Assembly: GCA_964523385.1 (NCBI GenBank)
Contig: CAZFXW010000001.1
Span: forward strand, 1 to 55,454
Source: an uncultured Peptoniphilaceae bacterium
GTDB taxonomy: Bacteria > Bacillota > Clostridia > Tissierellales > Peptoniphilaceae
DNA length: 55,454 bases
Reading direction: 5' to 3'
Part shown: piece by piece, positions 53,594-55,454 of the stretch
Position numbering within the stretch: position 1 is the stretch's first letter
Layout of the letters: each line of letters starts with the position of its first letter
Program-made: the position numbers and the translations under genes
Notes under the pieces: model-generated
The model's input: the letters and a program-made list of their open reading frames with translations, nothing else
What the model was told of the DNA's origin: nothing
Databases searched by the model: none

Positions 53594-53653
53594 GTAGACC
53601 TCCTTAAAAAATATTAATTAATATTATACAGTATAAATCTAAGAAAGGTTAGT

Positions 53654-54379
53654 ATGAGCTATAGAAGATATAAAAGAGATGATGAGCACACCTATGTCCT
53701 AGGGGCCTTTCCAGCTATTGAAGCCGTTGAAAGTAGGCCTGACTTGGTTATCGAAGTAATATTGTCCACTAAGCTAAAGGATAGTATTCAATTAGAAGAA
53801 AAGTTGGATAAATTGGGTATAGTATATAAGGTAGATGACAGAACCCTCAACAGGATTTCCAACCGAAGGGATAATTTCGTGCTAGCGGTAATGAAAAAAG
53901 AAGAAATGAAGTTAGAGGCTGGCAAGCACCTGGTCCTTCATCATCCCAGCAATATGGGAAATATAGGAACTATTATTAGGACAATGCTGGGTTTAGGCTA
54001 CAGGGATTTGGCCATTGTTGGAGACAGCGCTGACTTTCAGGATCCTAGGGTTATCAGGGCATCTATGGGAGCTTTTTACAAGCTTAGGATAGAGGCTTTT
54101 GAGGATATAGGAGCCTATAAAGAAGCTTTTCCAAATAATAGGCTATATTCTTTTATGTTGGCAGAAGAGGCAATCTATTTAGATGAACTGGAAGGAAATG
54201 GGTCTGGAGAGGAATTTTCATTGGTTTTTGGCAATGAAGGAGAAGGTCTACCAGAATATTTTATTAATTTGGGTCAGCCCGTTAAAATTCCCCAATCTAA
54301 GGAGGTAGACTCGTTAAATCTGACCATAGCCGCAGGTCTTGCCATGTACCAGTTTGCAGACTTAGGAGCCTTGAAATAA
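53654..54379 (+). CDS. TrmH/SpoU-family RNA 2-prime-O-methyltransferase
   Basis: SpoU motifs HPSNMGNIGTIIRT, VFGNEGEGL and SLNLTIAAGLAMY. Confidence 0.8.
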   Translation: MSYRRYKRDDEHTYVLGAFPAIEAVESRPDLVIEVILSTKLKDSIQLEEKLDKLGIVYKVDDRTLNRISNRRDNFVLAVMKKEEMKLEAGKHLVLHHPSNMGNIGTIIRTMLGLGYRDLAIVGDSADFQDPRVIRASMGAFYKLRIEAFEDIGAYKEAFPNNRLYSFMLAEEAIYLDELEGNGSGEEFSLVFGNEGEGLPEYFINLGQPVKIPQSKEVDSLNLTIAAGLAMYQFADLGALK

Positions 54380-55022
54380 TGCTGTGGATATTTGATTTAG
54401 ATGGGACTTTGGTAGACTCACTGCCCACAATTACAGGCCATGTCAATAAAGTTCTGAAGGCCTATGGCTACAAGCAGATTCCAGAGGAAAAGATTAAGGA
54501 ATTCTTAGGCCTTGGGGCCAGAAACTTATTGGATAGGGTTAGGGATTATGCGGAAATTGCTGATAAAGACCTAGGGTCTATCCTGGAGAATTATATTAGA
54601 AGCTACAATAGCCAGCCTGTTGATGGAACGGTGATTTTTCCCGACGTTGAGAGTGTGTTAAAGAATTAAAAAGAAGAGGCCATAGGCTCGTGATAGTGTC
54701 TAAGAAACAGAACTCTACAGTCCAGGAGATAAATCCAGAGATTTTTGGAGATAAGATTGATTTTTACCTAGGTGAGGGAGAGGGAAGTAGAAAACCCAGT
54801 CCGGATATGCTAAGTAAGGCTATGGAAGTTTTGTCCATTGGGTCGGAAAGGACTATAATGGTAGGAGACAGTGAAGCAGACATGGGAGCTGCCCAGAGGG
54901 CTGGTGTGAAGACTGTGGCTGTCACCTGGGGATATAGAAGTGAAAGTGATTTAAAAGAGTTGAAGCCAGATTATATTATAGGTAAGGCAGAAGAGCTTTT
55001 GGATTTGGAGGAGATTAGATGA
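54379..55022 (+). pseudogene. HAD-superfamily phosphatase (phosphoglycolate phosphatase-like), split by one frameshift
   Basis: Motif I FDLDGTLVDS lies in ORF 54379-54669. The frame changes near 54650-54670, where the other frame reads ..VKELKRRGHRLVIVSKK... ORF 54690-55022 carries RKPSPD and VGDSEADMGAA. Confidence 0.65.
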
Positions 55023-55454
55023 AAAAAATTGGATTAGTTGTTAATCCCATCGCTGGAATGGGCGGTAGGGTTGGACTTAAGGGAACTGACGGCAAGGATA
55101 TCTTAAAGAAGGCTATCGAGCTTGGTTCAGTGCCAGAAGCACCTGCCAAGGCAGAACTTGCCCTAGAAAAGCTTCTTCCGATAAAGGATGAGATTGAACT
55201 TCTAGTTGCCAGTGGAGATATGGGCGAAAATGAAGCAAAGAATGTAGGCCTTAATTATAGGGTGGTTTACCAGGCTGGTGAGGAAACCGATGAGAAGGAT
55301 ACGGCAGCTCTATCAGACATCCTAGAGAAGGAAGAGGTTGAGTTGGTTTTATTCGTTGGGGGAGATGGTACGGCTAGGGACATTTACAATGCTATCGAAA
55401 CTAGGGTGCCAGCTATAGGCATACCAGCGGGGGTAAAAATCCACTCGCCAGTTT
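55019..55454 (+). CDS. ATP-NAD kinase-family protein, N-terminal part (runs off the window)
   Basis: MKKIGLVVNPIAGMGGRVGLKGTDG..FVGGDGTARD..GIPAGVKIHS, with an ATGA overlap onto the previous gene. The frame is open to the end of the window and is absent from the ORF track. Confidence 0.7.
   Translation, partial: MKKIGLVVNPIAGMGGRVGLKGTDGKDILKKAIELGSVPEAPAKAELALEKLLPIKDEIELLVASGDMGENEAKNVGLNYRVVYQAGEETDEKDTAALSDILEKEEVELVLFVGGDGTARDIYNAIETRVPAIGIPAGVKIHSPV

Overview
This 55.5-kb window looks like chromosome from a low-GC Gram-positive anaerobe, probably Clostridia/Tissierellia-like. That is inferred from AGGAGG-type RBSs, lipoprotein lipoboxes, a T-box leader and the anaerobic (cbi) cobalamin pathway. 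Gene order, left to right: (1) end of proC, a zinc-type metal ABC importer and yqeC; (2) a decayed ABC exporter pair and gloA; (3) a marR + two-gene ABC exporter module, an SDR oxidoreductase, and a DUF2202-like secreted protein with an OmpR/histidine-kinase pair; these modules are separated by clusters of 46-nt GTAG-headed REP-like palindromes; (4) a visibly AT-richer island of about 6 kb (15.4-21.7 kb) holding a 4Fe-4S protein and several decayed genes (TIR-domain gene, Rx4H/HEPN-like gene, IS110 transposase); (5) a GcvT-family gene and a DUF1232 gene; (6) a cobalamin-riboswitch-controlled 15-gene hem/cbi operon (23.5-36.2 kb); (7) a decayed flavodoxin-like gene and a T-box leader with an apparent tyrosine (UAC) specifier in front of a tryptophanase/tyrosine phenol-lyase family gene; (8) a frameshifted CAP-domain secreted protein gene and fba; (9) a translationally coupled three-gene operon at 41.5-46.5 kb: a 532-aa protein with a TerB-C-like tail, a DUF2791/BrxD-like P-loop ATPase and an Lhr-like SF2 helicase; (10) an MFS transporter, tRNA-Val, a paralogous lipoprotein cluster, tandem USP, apbE, DUF554, a TrmH-family methyltransferase, a split HAD phosphatase and the start of an NAD-kinase-like gene. 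The three-gene operon is the best candidate for a novel or variant anti-phage system: it resembles Shango and has no BREX core genes. No CRISPR array, rRNA or prophage was seen. All family calls come from reading motifs by eye, with no database search.
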